Positions 21,095 to 33,693 are shown, numbered from the whole stretch's first letter. The stretch: DNA of 48,419 nucleotides, filler included, from Catajapyx aquilonaris (GCA_000934665.2; 2 parts of 2 records of this genome joined end to end with filler, not necessarily neighbours in it), one strand, 5' to 3'. Translations and numbers: made by a program. The notes: generated by a model from the letters alone, not told the origin.

Positions 21095-22787
21095 TCTAAT
21101 ACATATTTCAAGACCTATGTCTGTCTATCTGTGAGCGATGCCCATCCATACGGAGGCCTCCACATATGCCCCAGGGGTATCACTAGGGGTAGTTTTTTAC
21201 CGGAAATAAGGTTCGTAGCGCATTGGAATTGACCTCCGAGGTCATCCTTGGCCGCAGGAGGCGAAAAAGTCTTTGGAACACTCTTCTAATAATGAGCAAC
21301 TGGCTGTAAACATCACCTGTCTTGGGTTACCGGGGCAACCACTGTATGCCCAAGGCCATGAATCGCCCCCTCCCCACTGCCCCCCCACTCCTGTCCCATG
21401 CACCCACCCTCCCACTCCCCCCCCCCACCATCCCCGTTCCGTAACAATCAACCATATTTCATTACATTACAAACGCAACAAAAAAAACGTTCCCGCGGCA
21501 ACGACGTTCCAACGCGGTCAACAAGCAGTTCCATAATCTACAGCGGCGCATTAGCAAAAAAAACAAAAAAAAAACTGTAACAATGAAGCCAGTGGCGACG
21601 ACCTAAACAAACTCGCTTATGCATGGGCAGCATATGGGGATTCGACATGTCTACGCTTCTGCGGCCGTAGTACGGCGCAAAAATGGTGCAATGGACACAG
21701 ATATTACACCAAAAAATAGGACATGATCTGGCGCAGGGCACCTTCGGCGTCATTTTACCATTTTCAGCCTAGAAGTGACCTTTTCATCGAGTTCAAGTGA
21801 AAGGAAAATGGCGTTCCCCAAAAGCCCAGTTCAATAACATGGCGGCAGGAAACGCGACAAAGTCGGGAACGCTTCTGCGCCCGTATGTCCACAATTTTAA
21901 TGCAATCATATCGAGTATGGTGGGGAGGTGTAGATGGCCGAGATGGTAACGTCTCGGCTTGCTGAGTGAAAGGCCCCAGGTTCGATCCCCACCTGGGGAA
22001 CTTTCACCTGCTTCAGGAGGGTCTCTGACCTGCACCAAGGAGGTGTCTGGCAACCTAACCTCCTGGGGAACAGCACATGACCCATAGCTACGACATTGCA
22101 CCTTGCACCCATGTTCCCTCCCCCAAAATCCCTATCCTTTCCCATTGTCCCTGTTTCCTTGCACAGGTGAATGAAGCAGAAAATATATACAGAAAACTGA
22201 TGGTGGTATGCCATCCCCCTATAGCACCCGTAAGGGTCATCACCGGGTAAACTAAATAAAATCAAAAAATCAAAAAAAAAAAATCGAGTATGGTACCAGT
22301 AAAGGCCAAACCTTTGCGCAGGGCACCTTCTTCGATTAACGGTGCGTTTCGCCACAAAAATATAAAATTCCCTCAAAAATGCACCTACCGTATTTTTACT
22401 AATGCGCCTTGAGTTCTCCAGCGACCCCAAAGCTGCCTGCTGGCACAGTCATCCAGGCCAGATTGGCCATTTTGGGGTTGGGGAATGACTAAGAGAGGTG
22501 CCGGTCTTTCATTGCTATTCTACGAGTACATATTAAACTGCACACTGCACAGCCTTCAATTTTTCATTACATGCTTTTGCTGGATTTTTAAGGCGTATTG
22601 TGTACTCTCTTACAATCTGACATCCTTAGTGTGTTGTTTGGACTTCATGCACATGCAATATGCTCCATGTCACAGGTATGCCAACATTGTATAGCCATAA
22701 TTATTTCAAAGGTTACTACCAAATCAATAACTTACACCTACATGGAAAAGTCTTTCATAACCCGAGCAACGCCGGGTATCCTGCTAG
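21095..22787 (+). mobile_element. Probable Helitron-like non-autonomous element hosting a SINE
   Basis: 3' end cccgagcaacgccgggtatcctgCTAG|T resembles that of the 1186-2671 family. The 5' boundary (tctaatacat...tgtctgtctatctg) is tentative. Confidence 0.45.
21922..22282 (+). mobile_element. Full-length tRNA-derived SINE (family A)
   Basis: A-box TGGCCGAGATGG, B-box GGTTCGATCCC, A-rich tail and a perfect 12-bp TSD atcgagtatggt (21910-21921 and 22283-22294). Confidence 0.88.
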
Positions 22788-23383
22788 TGTGTTGATAAAT
22801 TGATAAATTCCCTTTTATAGCCTACTATTGTTTAATAAATGCAGGGTTTTGCAAATATAAACCAAATTTTTCTTGCTCTCGGAAAAAACGAAGATACTTT
22901 TTCATGAAATGGTGTGATTTCCATAGCTTTACCACCATATGCAGTGCCATAATGATCTTCGGATTGATCACTGGTTTTAGATATATTACTAGGAAAATCC
23001 TCGCTCCGCTCGCTGTTTTCTAGGCCTGCGGCCTGCGGTGTAGGCCATGTTCTTAATGATGCTCACCCAACAATTATCCTCATCATACTCCCCTTCCCCC
23101 GACCTCCCCCCCTCCTTATATTAAACCTTTGACGGCTAAGTAAATCATAATGTTACGATGTACTGATGGTTTGTGAATTCAGCCCTCGAGGATGTGCATA
23201 GAGAAGGCGAACTTTTCAGTGCCAAACCCTGTTCAATATGCTCCTGCCATCTCTTGGATTGTGACTCAACTACTGTACCATGGCAATTCCAGATCGCCCC
23301 CCCCCCCCCCCCCCNGTCGAGTCGTACATGCCAAGGTCACGTTGCTCCCACGTGATCGCTTATGTAAACATGTTCCCTCAGTA

Positions 23384-23914
23384 CAGGGTGCCCCGTAAAG
23401 TGTGGACTCTTGGGAGGTTTTTTTTTTTAAAGTTACCCCGTGATAAGGCAGAGCCTTTTTAGGGGGGTGGAATACCACCATTTCACTCCATTTTTCTAGA
23501 TTTTAACTTCAATATCCGCTGCAAGGAGTCAAGGATGTAGGGTAGGGGTAGGGATTTTTGGGGAGGGAACACAGGTGCAAGTGCAAGATCTGTAAAGGGG
23601 TCATGTGCTGTTCCCCAGGAGGTTAGGTCGCCAGACACCTCCTTGGTGCAGGTCAGAGACCCTCCTGACGCAGGTGAAAGGAAAGTTCCCCAGGCGGGGA
23701 TCGAACCTGGGGCCTTTCACTCAGCAAGCCGAGACGTTACCATCTCGGCCATCTACACCTCCCCGACCCTTGGGAGTTTATCATGGCACAGTGTTGTGGT
23801 AATATTATGTAACCATAAGAACAATGTACCATAGTCACTGAGTAAACTTGTGAGGCCTATCGACTTTCTGAGAGCCGGACGATTCTAAAAAAGTTTATTT
23901 TGCTGGACACCCTG
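23384..23914. mobile_element. Tc1-like MITE hosting a SINE
   Basis: TA|CAGGGTGcccc ... tggaCACCCTG|TA ends. Confidence 0.5.
23520..23764 (-). mobile_element. Second copy of SINE family A, inverted
   Basis: Near-identical reverse complement of 21922-22140. Confidence 0.85.
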
Positions 23915-24166
23915 TATATGAATTTTTCTCCGCCATTTTACAATCAAAAGGACCACCACGAATTTAAATGATTATTTTTGGCTCAAAGTTGTTATTCATT
24001 AATATCACTCCTACATGGAATTTTGAACAAAAAGAAGGAAAGAAACGGCCCAGAAACGTGCCAAAAACCTGTGAAAGGGTTAAGGGTGCGCAATTTGAAA
24101 ATACAGTTCCCATCTGTGGTTCCAATGATGCATGTGATTCAAGGTGGCGAACCGAGCCTACCCAGT

Positions 24167-24266
24167 NNNNNNNNNNNNNNNNNNNNNNNNNNNNNNNNNN
24201 NNNNNNNNNNTTAATTAATTAANNNNNNNNNNNNNNNNNNNNNNNNNNNNNNNNNNNNNNNNNNNN
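24167..24266. other. Artificial assembly gap spacer
   Basis: 44 N + TTAATTAATTAA (stops in all six frames) + 44 N = exactly 100 bp. Confidence 0.97.
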
Positions 24267-24276
24267 GATCAAATGA

Positions 24277-24410
24277 CTGTCGGTGAAACGCCCTGTCGGG
24301 GAATCTCCTTGTCGGTGAAATGCAGAAATGGCTTGTCGGTGGAATGGGTATGTCGGTGAAATGTCTGTCGGTGAACTGGCTTGTCGGCCGGGTGGGTGTC
24401 GGTGAAATGA
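24277..24410. repeat. Degenerate ~20-bp tandem repeat with core tgtcggtgaa
   Basis: About seven imperfect copies of tgtcgg(tgaa) immediately right of the gap; resembles transposon subterminal repeats. Confidence 0.6.
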
Positions 24411-24424
24411 CCCACACCCGGTTC

Positions 24425-24640
24425 ATCACCGAAGAGAACCGCGGGCCCCAAATTTGGGCACCGTATGTAATAATTATGGGAAGAACATTCGAATTAAATA
24501 GCCTGATTGCAACCTGAATATCTCTAATTTTTAACTTTATTAGGGTCGACCACATTGAGTTTATCGCAGCCAAGGCTTTAGTTTTGAAATATTGAGCTGC
24601 TACATTAAATTTCCCTGCACATGACCTATAGTAGACATTC
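24425..24640 (-). mobile_element. Non-LTR retrotransposon (LINE) ORF2 fragment, post-RT region
   Basis: Translation AIRLFNSNVLPIIITYGAQIWG matches the LF.S.V.PIL.YG..IWG motif found after RT in CR1/L2/RTE-type elements. Confidence 0.65.
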
Positions 24641-24996
24641 ACGAATGCCTCATCTTGTGAGAATAATTATTGTTCTTGCACTTTTGCACGTTACACATAC
24701 AACTTTTCTTTCGACAACAACAAGAGAGCAAGTGAAACTTCGGGTGAATGAGGAGAGGCTCCATTTGGCACGAAGACACGTGACTCGTCTCTTGCAGTAT
24801 TCTATTGGTTGAGCGCCCGACTACGACATGACCATCATCTAAGCTGGCAGAGATTGTCTCCTGACAAATTAGTCGTTGCACTTGCCACGTCTGGCAACTA
24901 TGACATGCATCGTTTACTCTCTTGTCGTGGAGCAAACAATATCTGTGTGTAAGGAGTGGAAGGGATACAACTCAGAATAATTCACGAGCCTCTTAA

Positions 24997-25467
24997 CCCT
25001 TAACTACGTAGGTGGGTGAAACACCTTTAACTACGTAGGTGGAGCCTGAGAGGCTCCAACGGTATATTTAAATTTCTGCTTATCAACTAAATTGTTATAT
25101 TGGACTTTTCACATACAGAAAGTGCAGTTCAGATCATTAGGCTTCCAATAACGTAAAAATCACACGCTGAGTCACCATATTCCGACAGGGAAAAATTCTT
25201 AATTAAAAGGTTACATCATGCTTGATCCGCTCAGTCTTCACCTGCATAGGTAGAGCCAGTATAGAGTCCAGGAGGGACCTGTTCCTCGTTACGAATTTTT
25301 TTAAACCGAACAATAGGGACTAAATTTTTTTTTCTTTCCTTTTCATGCTTAGGAAGGTTTGTCTGACAAAGTCACGGAAGGACAGGGGAAAATAAAATTC
25401 GATGAAAAAGTTACATGCGTTTAAATAGTGCTTGGAGCCTCTCAGGCTCCACCTACGTAGTTAAGGG
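24997..25467. mobile_element. piggyBac-type MITE
   Basis: TTAA|CCCTTAACTACGTAGGTGG ... CCACCTACGTAGTTAAGGG|TTAA, with an internal second copy of the left TIR at ~25027-25059. Confidence 0.88.
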
Positions 25468-26111
25468 TTAAAGAGCGGGTGCCACTCTCTGAAGCACATC
25501 GTTCTCTACCCATCCACCACCCTTCGACCCAGTATCGGAATGAACCCTGAGAAGCTTCCTCCTGTCTTTAGGGTACAATAAACACGTCCATTTACTTGGC
25601 CTTCTCCTCCTGAAATTTGTGCGTTTATTATGGCAATCAGTTGTGCTTAGTTTGTGCCGAGAACCCGGTATTTTTCGCTTTATGGTTCCCAGGGTAATTA
25701 TTTTTAAACCGAACGTTAGCAGATGTCAGTAGAGTCAAATGGTTTTCAACATGATTCTATAATGGAATAAGGATGAGATATGAAGAAATATGCAGAACCA
25801 ATTTAATTCATCCCACTATTAGTTAATAATTTATAATCGTAGAACTTTTACTCGTTTTCCAGTTCTCTCTCATACTTTAAAGCATCCTTTCCGGGATTGA
25901 TTTTGCTCTCGGTATCGATAATGTTTACTAAATGTTGTCGCTAATAATATTATACAGGTATTCCTCGTTTTACGCCGGGGATTGGTTCCAGAAACATGCG
26001 GCGTAAAATGACAATGCGTAAAACGAAACAAAATTATAATGTAAGTAAATGAGATAGGCTCCAATATTTTCAAAATTTTCCCACTGACCATAATAATATT
26101 GCTGTTTTTAA

Positions 26112-26651
26112 AGGGACACTCCACTCAAAATACAAGGTGGGCTTTAAAGATCGGGCAAAAAATCCTGATTCCGATGGTATAAGCCGTTTTTCTGAGAGAC
26201 GAACGGTAAGGCCAGGACGAGAGGTCAGATTCGTCAAATAATAGTCTCCCGCGCAGTGAGTGGTGAGAACAAAACCCCTCCAGCGGCTCGACGGCGAACC
26301 ACACGGATGGACGGGGCTGTTCCGGGACCGAATATCATGGAAAAAAGAGTGCACGACCTGATACGAAGGCTAACGAGGCAGTCAGAAGCCCCAACGGTGC
26401 TGAGAATGCATCACTTAGCTCGGACGGGGGGAAAGCACGTTAAGCACCTTGTCTAGTTCCGCCCGGTTCCGCTCCTCTGGTGGCGACGCCACCTGCGCCC
26501 ATCTGCGCCGCGCGCGGTTTTCGAACGACACACTTCCAGCTTTCACCCTGGCCTTATCGTTCGTCTCTCAGAAAAACTGTTTACACCCTCGGAATCCGGA
26601 TTTTTTGCCCGACTTTTAGAACCCAACTTGTATTTTGAGTGGAGTGTCCCT
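26112..26651. mobile_element. TTAA-specific MITE with AGGGACACTCC ends (Kolobok-like), copy 1
   Basis: TTAA TSD; TIR agggacactccactcaaaatacaag extending imperfectly for about 100 bp. Confidence 0.8.
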
Positions 26652-26875
26652 TTAATGCTGAGTATTTGAAACTATGCATGTTTAATGGGAGGTTCCAAGT
26701 TGAGGGTCATCAGGTTCTGAGGGTTCCTTTCCCTTCTTTGGCAAAAACTGCAGTACACTTTCTGCATTGTAATCGATATCGACAGCAAAATCAGTGTACA
26801 GGAAGGGATTCTTTTTTGGAATAAAACGTAACTGAGATTATAACAGTGAGGAGGTTTTAGGTCGGGTTGGGAGTA

Positions 26876-27279
26876 CAGCCAGTCCCCGACTTGCTAGCTC
26901 CGACATGAGCATATGAGGACTTACCTAAAAAATTCCGACGTGCGCAAATCTACAACACAAACTGTTAATCTAAAATGGCAGAAATTACAAAAAAAGGAGT
27001 TACCGTACATATCTCTATGAGGTAACTAGGACTTGCCCGCCTAGACTCATTCCCTCACTCGTCAGTTTACATGCACGTGACAGACTTTTGCGACCCGCTT
27101 CTGGGTCTCGCGAAGAATCCATTCTCACTCGCAATGGCCGCAACCGCAACTGAATGAATACAAGCGACTTCAGTATCGATGTATCCTGCCTAATTAAAAA
27201 ACACTTTCCGAGTTACGTAAAATTCGACTTACGCATAGTGTTGCGAAACGATCCATTTACGTTAGTCAGGGACTGGCTG
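26876..27279. mobile_element. TA-flanked MITE with CAGCCAGTCCC ends
   Basis: TA|cagccagtccccgact ... agtcagggactggctg|TA, a 16-bp TIR with 1 mismatch. Confidence 0.6.
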
Positions 27280-27530
27280 TATTCTGATCCTGAAAGTCGG
27301 ACATGTCTGGGAGTGAAATGGCGACAGTTGTTAATCAACATCTCGTTAGAGGCTTTAGTGTACCTCAATAACAGGTAGACCTACTGTACATTGTCGACGG
27401 GAAATGGTGTAATAGTGGAAAACAAGTAGAAACGAAATTCCACATGAGCAACGATGACCGTTGTACTGTATATACACGACCATCACAAAGGTTGTCGAAA
27501 AATTCACCGCGTTATTTTTTTTAAACAATC

Positions 27531-28080
27531 CACGAAGGCGAATCAAAAAGTAATTCACAACTTTTTTTTATTTCCGAAGCTTCACAACAGAAACTGAAAC
27601 TGAGATATACATATGTAAGGGCAAATCTTTCTCCCATTTTAAATATATTCACCACGCACTTTAGTACACTTGTCCCACCGGGACACGAGTTTTTCCATGC
27701 CACTGCAGAAAAAGCGTCGGGCAGGATGGGAAACCAGGCAATGACGCCCTCTTACACTTTCTCGATGTTGCTAGTACTTTTTTTTGGTCAGAAGAGATGG
27801 TAGACCATGGTTAAGATTATCATTTCGTACCAATAAAGGAGCACCTGGCCGGTCAGAACTTCAGTGACATCGAGGAAGTGAAAGAAGCCACTGCCTCTGC
27901 CTCTGGATTCTCAGCCAGTCTGGCCCTTTTTTCTGCAGTGTCATGAAAAAACCCGTGTCCCGGGGGGGCAAGTGTACCAACGTGTGTGGTGACTATGTCT
28001 AAAATTAGAGAAAGACGTCCTTTCATATGTTTCAGTGTGAGAGTGTATGTTGTGAAGCTTCGAAAAAAGTTGTGAATTAT
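27531..28080. mobile_element. Foldback made of two inverted 3' ends of a mariner element
   Basis: The plus strand at 27815-28005 reads, with frameshifts, DYHF..IKEHLAGQNFSDIEEVKEA...KPVSRGGKCTNVCGDYV (mariner transposase C-terminus). 27531-27770 is an inverted second copy ending in the mariner-like TIR cgaaggcgaatcaaaaagtaa. Confidence 0.75.
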
Positions 28081-28873
28081 CGGTACATTTCGATTAGCTC
28101 TCATATAATACATAGCATGCATGTCACTCTTCGGCATTTTTATCTGTAATGTTTCCAGCTTGTGTTATTACACTCTTTGCTCGGCGGATCCCAGTTAACG
28201 CGTATCTTGCGGAGGTTATACCACAATGGTGTCTGATATCATAAATCGCAATACTGTATTAAATATAGGCATCAATTTACATGCCTTAAATGCAACAACA
28301 AATGATAGCTTCAAGATATAGTATGGGGCGTTTTCCTTGAGCTGCCTGGTCGACACCAAAAAGTTGAACATATAAAAAGTACGAATAGGAAGAAAGCAAG
28401 CATGACTTGTCAACCCATTGGAGAATAATTTATGTGACAGGTACCTTCTCTCTCCCACGGCCCCCCTCCCTGCACCCCTCTTCTTCTGGTACCCTCGCAA
28501 CGGAAGCCCTCCCACTTCCCTCTCCCCTGAAGCCCCTTTGATTTGATGGGAAGTCGGAAGAACCTGCATGAGAGACGCTCCAACTCGGCAGCAAACTTTA
28601 CCCTCCCACAAAACTTGGGAAAGGGGGAGGGTGGTGGGTGAGCAAAACTTGAGATCACAGTTAAATTCTAGACTGAAACCTGAGGGGATTGTGCAGTCAG
28701 AAGCGGCCTCTTTGTCATACAGATGCCAACTTCTCAGAGGCCTATAATGAACACATGCACAAGCATACATATTACGCAAGTCACACAAGGGTATAAAAAC
28801 CATACCTAGGGAAAGTAATTTTCAGTAAAGACGGGGATTGTAAGATGTAATTATGTAATGCACTGGACGCTAC

Positions 28874-29034
28874 CTTGGCAGAAGCGTTGAGACGCAGCTT
28901 CTTGGAAGTGGCCTCGACGACTTCGAGGACAAAGTGTTGCGGCAATCCGCCGTCGAAGCCTTCTGTGCACTCCACGTTCAGGGAATCTGCAGTTTGGTTC
29001 ACCACGCTACAGTTACGTGGCGGGAAAGGACGTC
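28874..29034 (-). CDS. Next internal exon (first half of FN3 domain) of the same Sidestep-like gene
   Basis: Acceptor ttgcAG at 29036-29035, donor GTagcg at 28873. Its phase-1 start is compatible with the upstream exon (G|GA = Gly). Encodes RPFPPRNCSVVNQTADSLNVECTEGFDGGLPQHFVLEV...NASAK. The intron between the two exons is 6913 nt. Confidence 0.87.
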
Positions 29035-29443
29035 CTGCAAGTACAATCATAGGAAATACCAAGGGAAGAGTTCAGGTATAACATAAGGCTCACTTCTCTT
29101 ACAACATCCAGTTGGCTGGTCATGTATCTAGTCTAATTATTGTTATCAATAATGCACTGTGCCGTTAATTTATTGACAATATACCCGGGTTCTCTGCTTG
29201 GAATATGATTAGTAACTGTTTGAATGGGGGAAAGCCTGGTGATCAGATGTTTAGGCCAGATTGCATGATCCTTCCAGAGGTGTGCAGGGTTGCGTGCAGT
29301 GATCCACTTAGCTCGGTCAAGAATTAACAAAGTTAAGTGAAAGATTTTTGATGCAAAATATAGTAGTCAGATATATAAAATGTCAGGATTATCAACTAGA
29401 ACACAATATTTATTAATTTCCTGCCACATTGTGCTATACTGTA

Positions 29444-30460
29444 CAGGGTCATCGCAAAAGAATGTCCCATTTTTAAAACCCTATATAACTGGAAAACTTG
29501 CAGACATAATATCTTAATGATTTAAGTGTTGAAATCAAGGACGTAATCACTCGACTGAAAAGTGCACACTGGAGTACCAAATTCAAGGAGTACCAAGGAG
29601 TAATAAAGAGTGAGGTACCTGAGGAGTACCTGGGAGTACCACTCGCAGGTGTACATCGGAGTACCGAAGTGGTTACTCCCTTGGTTGAAATACTAAGAAC
29701 GGTCAAAAGTTTTGATCTCACCTTAGTATGTTTCGGGGAATTTCCATGATGCATCCGTCCGTTTGTAACACAAGTTTTGCCTACGTGCACAACTGTATTT
29801 TATTATAACAATGACAAGATGCATGCACTGCATGCTTAATCCATTTCATGCAATGTGTGTGTATTGTTACAATAAAACATGCTAGTACATGTCTGCAAAA
29901 CCTGCGTTACGAACGGACAGTATGTCTGTGTTTGCGTGGAAATTCCCTTCGATATGAATGTGTCGCTCGGCAGATTAAACTGGTGGTAGGCGGTGTCGTG
30001 CCAAACCCGTTCAATCATATCTGCAGTTACCGTTGCAATGCTATACTGTAGGTCCTGCATATGTGATGGGTATTTACACCACACACATTGCTCTTGATGA
30101 TGCACATAAAAAGATTAGTCGCTTCATCCATGAAACAAACATGCCGTAGGAAAGTTTCATTTGTTCAGCCTCCCAGTGTGCCAAGTCTTGAATGAGAAGT
30201 TTCCCAATGCCTCCCCCCCTCCCCCCCCTCCCCCCAGAAGCCCAGATCTTACCGCGAGGGACTTTTTTGTGGAGATACAAGTATGGTGAAAAGATTCGCC
30301 ATCTCCATCACCTACGGGTAAAGATTTCAACGGTAATGCCAGACATGCCTGAGCGGGTTAGGCAAGACACCGATTACTTTATTTACATGTTTTGAGCGAC
30401 ACAAGGAGCTCATATCGAAACCAACTATGGTAAGACCAAACCTTTATTACATTGTGGTCT
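29444..30460. mobile_element. Degraded foldback of two inverted 3' ends of a Tc1-like transposase element
   Basis: Plus arm 30232-30450 reads PRSPDLT..DF...W.Y...MPDMPERVRQDT...GAHIE. Minus arm ~29680-30130 reads IATVTADMIERVWHDTAY. TA|CAGGGT end at 29444. Confidence 0.6.
29736..29947. mobile_element. Palindromic MITE with GGG ends and 4-bp TSD (Sola2-like), copy A
   Basis: TIR gggaatttcca/tggaaattccc; TSD TTCG on both sides; second copy at 38769-38985. Confidence 0.8.
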
Positions 30461-30552
30461 TCAATTGCAATCTACTGTAATAGCTGAGCGTTGTTGCAGT
30501 GCCGTTCATTGAAGTTGAGACATAGGTTACAGACTGTTTCTCTCTGACTAAC

Positions 30553-31074
30553 AACCAAAGTCACTCTTCTTACCCTCTTAAATTTTGAAATTTTTTGGAT
30601 TGGCTTATAGTGTTGTGCAAACATCACCTCTGCTGCTAATTTTCATGTCAAAATACAAGCTAAATGCGTCATTCCGAAGCCACAACACCTAGTCGCCGGT
30701 CGCGGGTCGCAGGTCCCCGGTTGCCGTGACTGTAGCGCGCTCTAGGGTGGTGCGAGCAAGTAGAATATGACCTCACACGCTTCGAAATCGATTTTATATA
30801 GCAATTATGAATCAAGTTTCATAAATCATTTACATATCACTCATATCAGTCGCGACGACCCGCGACCGGCCTGCCGGGACCGGCGACCCGCCACCCGCGA
30901 CCGGATGCAGGTGTTGTGCCTTTGGAATTTCGGTCCTTTGGCTTGTATTTTGACCCTGCTACCGTGAAAATTAGCAGTATAGATGATGGTTTGCACAACA
31001 CTATAGGTCAAGCAGAATTAGAAAATCCAAAAACTTTCAAAATTAAGGAGGGTAAGAAGAGTTAGTTTGGTTAT
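30553..31074. mobile_element. Long-TIR foldback/MITE
   Basis: Imperfect inverted arms of roughly 180-200 bp (ctcttcttaccctc...tatagtgttgtgcaaac...cggtcgcgggt versus their reverse complement). Confidence 0.75.
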
Positions 31075-31611
31075 AAGATTCCTTGCAATAGACAGCCCTA
31101 GAGGAAATTACCCCAGTTGATTCTGGCGATTTTGGCATCATTACAAAGATAATCGCATTTTAAATTAGGTTATGTTGTCCTAGGCTATACGAAATACGAC
31201 AACAAGTATCTTGCGCCTCAGGCGAACCATGCAACAAGGTTGGTTGGGGATGAAAAAACCCGCAATATGACTATTAGGTATTAACTTCTCTGACAAATCT
31301 GAAATTGCAATTCAATTATCTCCACATAATGGAGAGGATTTCTCCAAAATCAACTACATAGGGTAATTTTGTCTGCAATATTGCACGAAATCTACGTGCC
31401 TCCACTCTTACGAACACACTACATAAGACAATCCAGTAAGACGTAAGACAATACAGTAGATTATACTGTATATCCTGAGCTGCATTATTTTACCGATTGA
31501 ATGCCAAAATGTCGACATTTCTCTTATTTCTCAATTTTTCCTATTATAGACTAAGCATGACCATTGTCGCTATCATTCCAGAAATTACATTTTTACGCAG
31601 TTTTGTGTTAA

Positions 31612-32037
31612 AGGGACACTCCACTCAAAATACAAGTTGGGTTCTAAAAATCGGGCAAGAAATCCTGATTCCGAGGGTATAAGCAGTTTTTCTTAGAGAC
31701 GAACGGTAAGGCCAGTGTGAAAGCTGGAAGTGTGTCGTTCGAAAACCGCGCGCGGGGCAGGTGGGCGCAGGTGGCGACGCCACCAGAGTGGAACCGGGCG
31801 GAACTAGAGAAGGCATCCTGGCGCGGCAGTTGCTTGTTGAGCACCTTCTCTACTTCTCCGGTTTGCCGCGAGATGCTGTTGTATCGCCCTTCTTAGCAGA
31901 CGACGCGAGACGACGTGTGTAGATATATGATTTTCCGTGTTACAGTTGAGCGTAGAAAAAAAACGATTGCACATTCGGAATCAGGATTTTTTGCCCGCTT
32001 TTTGGGGGGCAACTTGTATTTTGAGTGGAGTGTCCCT
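31612..32037. mobile_element. Kolobok-like MITE copy 2, opposite orientation and different interior
   Basis: TTAA TSD (31608-31611, 32038-32041) and the same TIR as 26112-26651. The first ~195 bp are the reverse complement of the right end of copy 1. Confidence 0.8.
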
Positions 32038-33427
32038 TTAATGATACTTATTTTCAGAATGCAAAATCTCACGAAGCCATTTCATCGTTTAGTCGTTCAT
32101 TTCATCCGCATAACAAAATATTTTTGACCTTGCTGCTCTCACAACAAAATCTAATCTGTGATACCTATCAAGGTTAAACATACACGCAAACGCAATCTAT
32201 TCATTTTTTTGTGTCATCTATTACGGCTGCTTTTTCAACCGGCTCTCGCTGATTATTATTTGTGCAAGTGAAAAACAAATTAAAACTCACAAGAGTCAGA
32301 ACACTAGTCCGCGTGACTGGCAATTTCAGTTTTTTCAATTAAAACCTGCAATAAGTGAGCGTCTGAATGACTTCATCCCTATATAAGTGATCATCGATTT
32401 GTCGTGCCACCGAGGCACCATTTATTCTCACCTCCCTTCTCTCCCCTCAAAAAACGAACCCTCCTTATGCTGATACCACGCACATTCATCTCCTAATGCA
32501 TGAAATCGACCCTTCCATCCAGAATTTCAACAACTGACGCGAACAATCTACCAACGTAGTTCAGGGAGAATTATGAATCTATACCTGTCCCAATCACAGC
32601 TTGTGTCAACAAATCCATGACTCTGCCCCCGCCCTAATTACAAAACGTGTCTAGATAACCAGTGATTAGTCAATGAGTGGCATCCCTTACACACCCGAAC
32701 CCCTCTCGATACCGTTTGGCTCGGGGATTTACGGTACCTTTTCCAAATTAGCGTCGTGAGCGTCGTGAGAACTCGGCCTCCTAAAGGCAGCCACCAAAGT
32801 CCTCCACGCGGGGATTACTACTGCTTAAATTGCGGGTCTATGAAAATGAGATTCTGTTCGATTATTTACGGTGGGGGTATTAGAATGTTCCCTATGAGTT
32901 TGTTGGCGTGCTTTCATTAACTGCAATTTCTCCTCCGTGCCCTTGTTATCCTACCGCTTACAAATCCTGCACTTTTACTAGCGGTTAGTGACATGGTGAT
33001 CATTATGATTAGGATACTCTTCTTCAAGTCGTCACAAAGAGTGATTTCATATAACTTATAATTATTATTATTTCAAATCATAGTCTTTTATTGAAGTCAT
33101 ATTCCATGTTGCAAAAAATGTCGAATTAGTTGAATCCACTTACAAATGTCATATGTTGATGTCGGTGGAATGGTATTTTGATGGCGGCTAATTGCCTTTT
33201 CGGTCTGGAGGCTTACAGTACCCTTCTGTTTTTGTCGCAGCTGTCAAACATGAACTATAAGCTTTCAAATCGACAACTTAACATGGAAGTAATTCTTAAC
33301 CTGAAACTATTCTATATAACTTATGACTTATGTCGCTCCTTTTTGAGTTCTAGACTCAAATTGCCTTTAATAATTTTTCTAGCGGTATGCCGTAAATATA
33401 ACGGCATGTTAAATAATTCTACGAATC

Positions 33428-33693
33428 GGGCGGAAAGATCATGTAGTCTGTATAGTGGTTAGCGCCACAGCCTTCCACCTCTGAAGTCCCGATCCCGGAT
33501 CGGACAGAGGATTCTTATGCGGATAAAGTTCCGATGGGTTCTCTCCGTGTTCGCGTGGGTTTTCTCGGGCTCTCCCGTTTCCTCCCACTATCAAAACCTA
33601 TCACAGCACCGGCAAATGATTAACGACTGTTAATGAAAAGATGATCCCCTAAAAGGCCCAAGGAGGCCTATCACGAGGTATCCATCATCATCC

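Noticed and set aside
21922..22000. tRNA-like sequences (also ~33445, ~39400-39465, ~47080-47145, ~48140-48210)
   Set aside because: A/B boxes are followed by SINE bodies and tails, several with TSDs; no clean cloverleaf, so they are not tRNA genes.
24211..24222. TTAATTAATTAA palindrome between N runs
   Set aside because: Synthetic six-frame-stop gap spacer, not biological sequence.
24277..24410. Regularly spaced short repeats resembling a CRISPR array (also GGAGTACC repeats at 29570-29670)
   Set aside because: Eukaryotic context, repeats too short and degenerate, spacers about 10 bp, and no cas genes.
25590..27290. Minus-strand AG...GT segments as candidate next Sidestep exons (~25610, ~26925-26969, ~27232-27288)
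   Set aside because: All give early stops in the required phase 0 and lack FN3 residues; two overlap a MITE.
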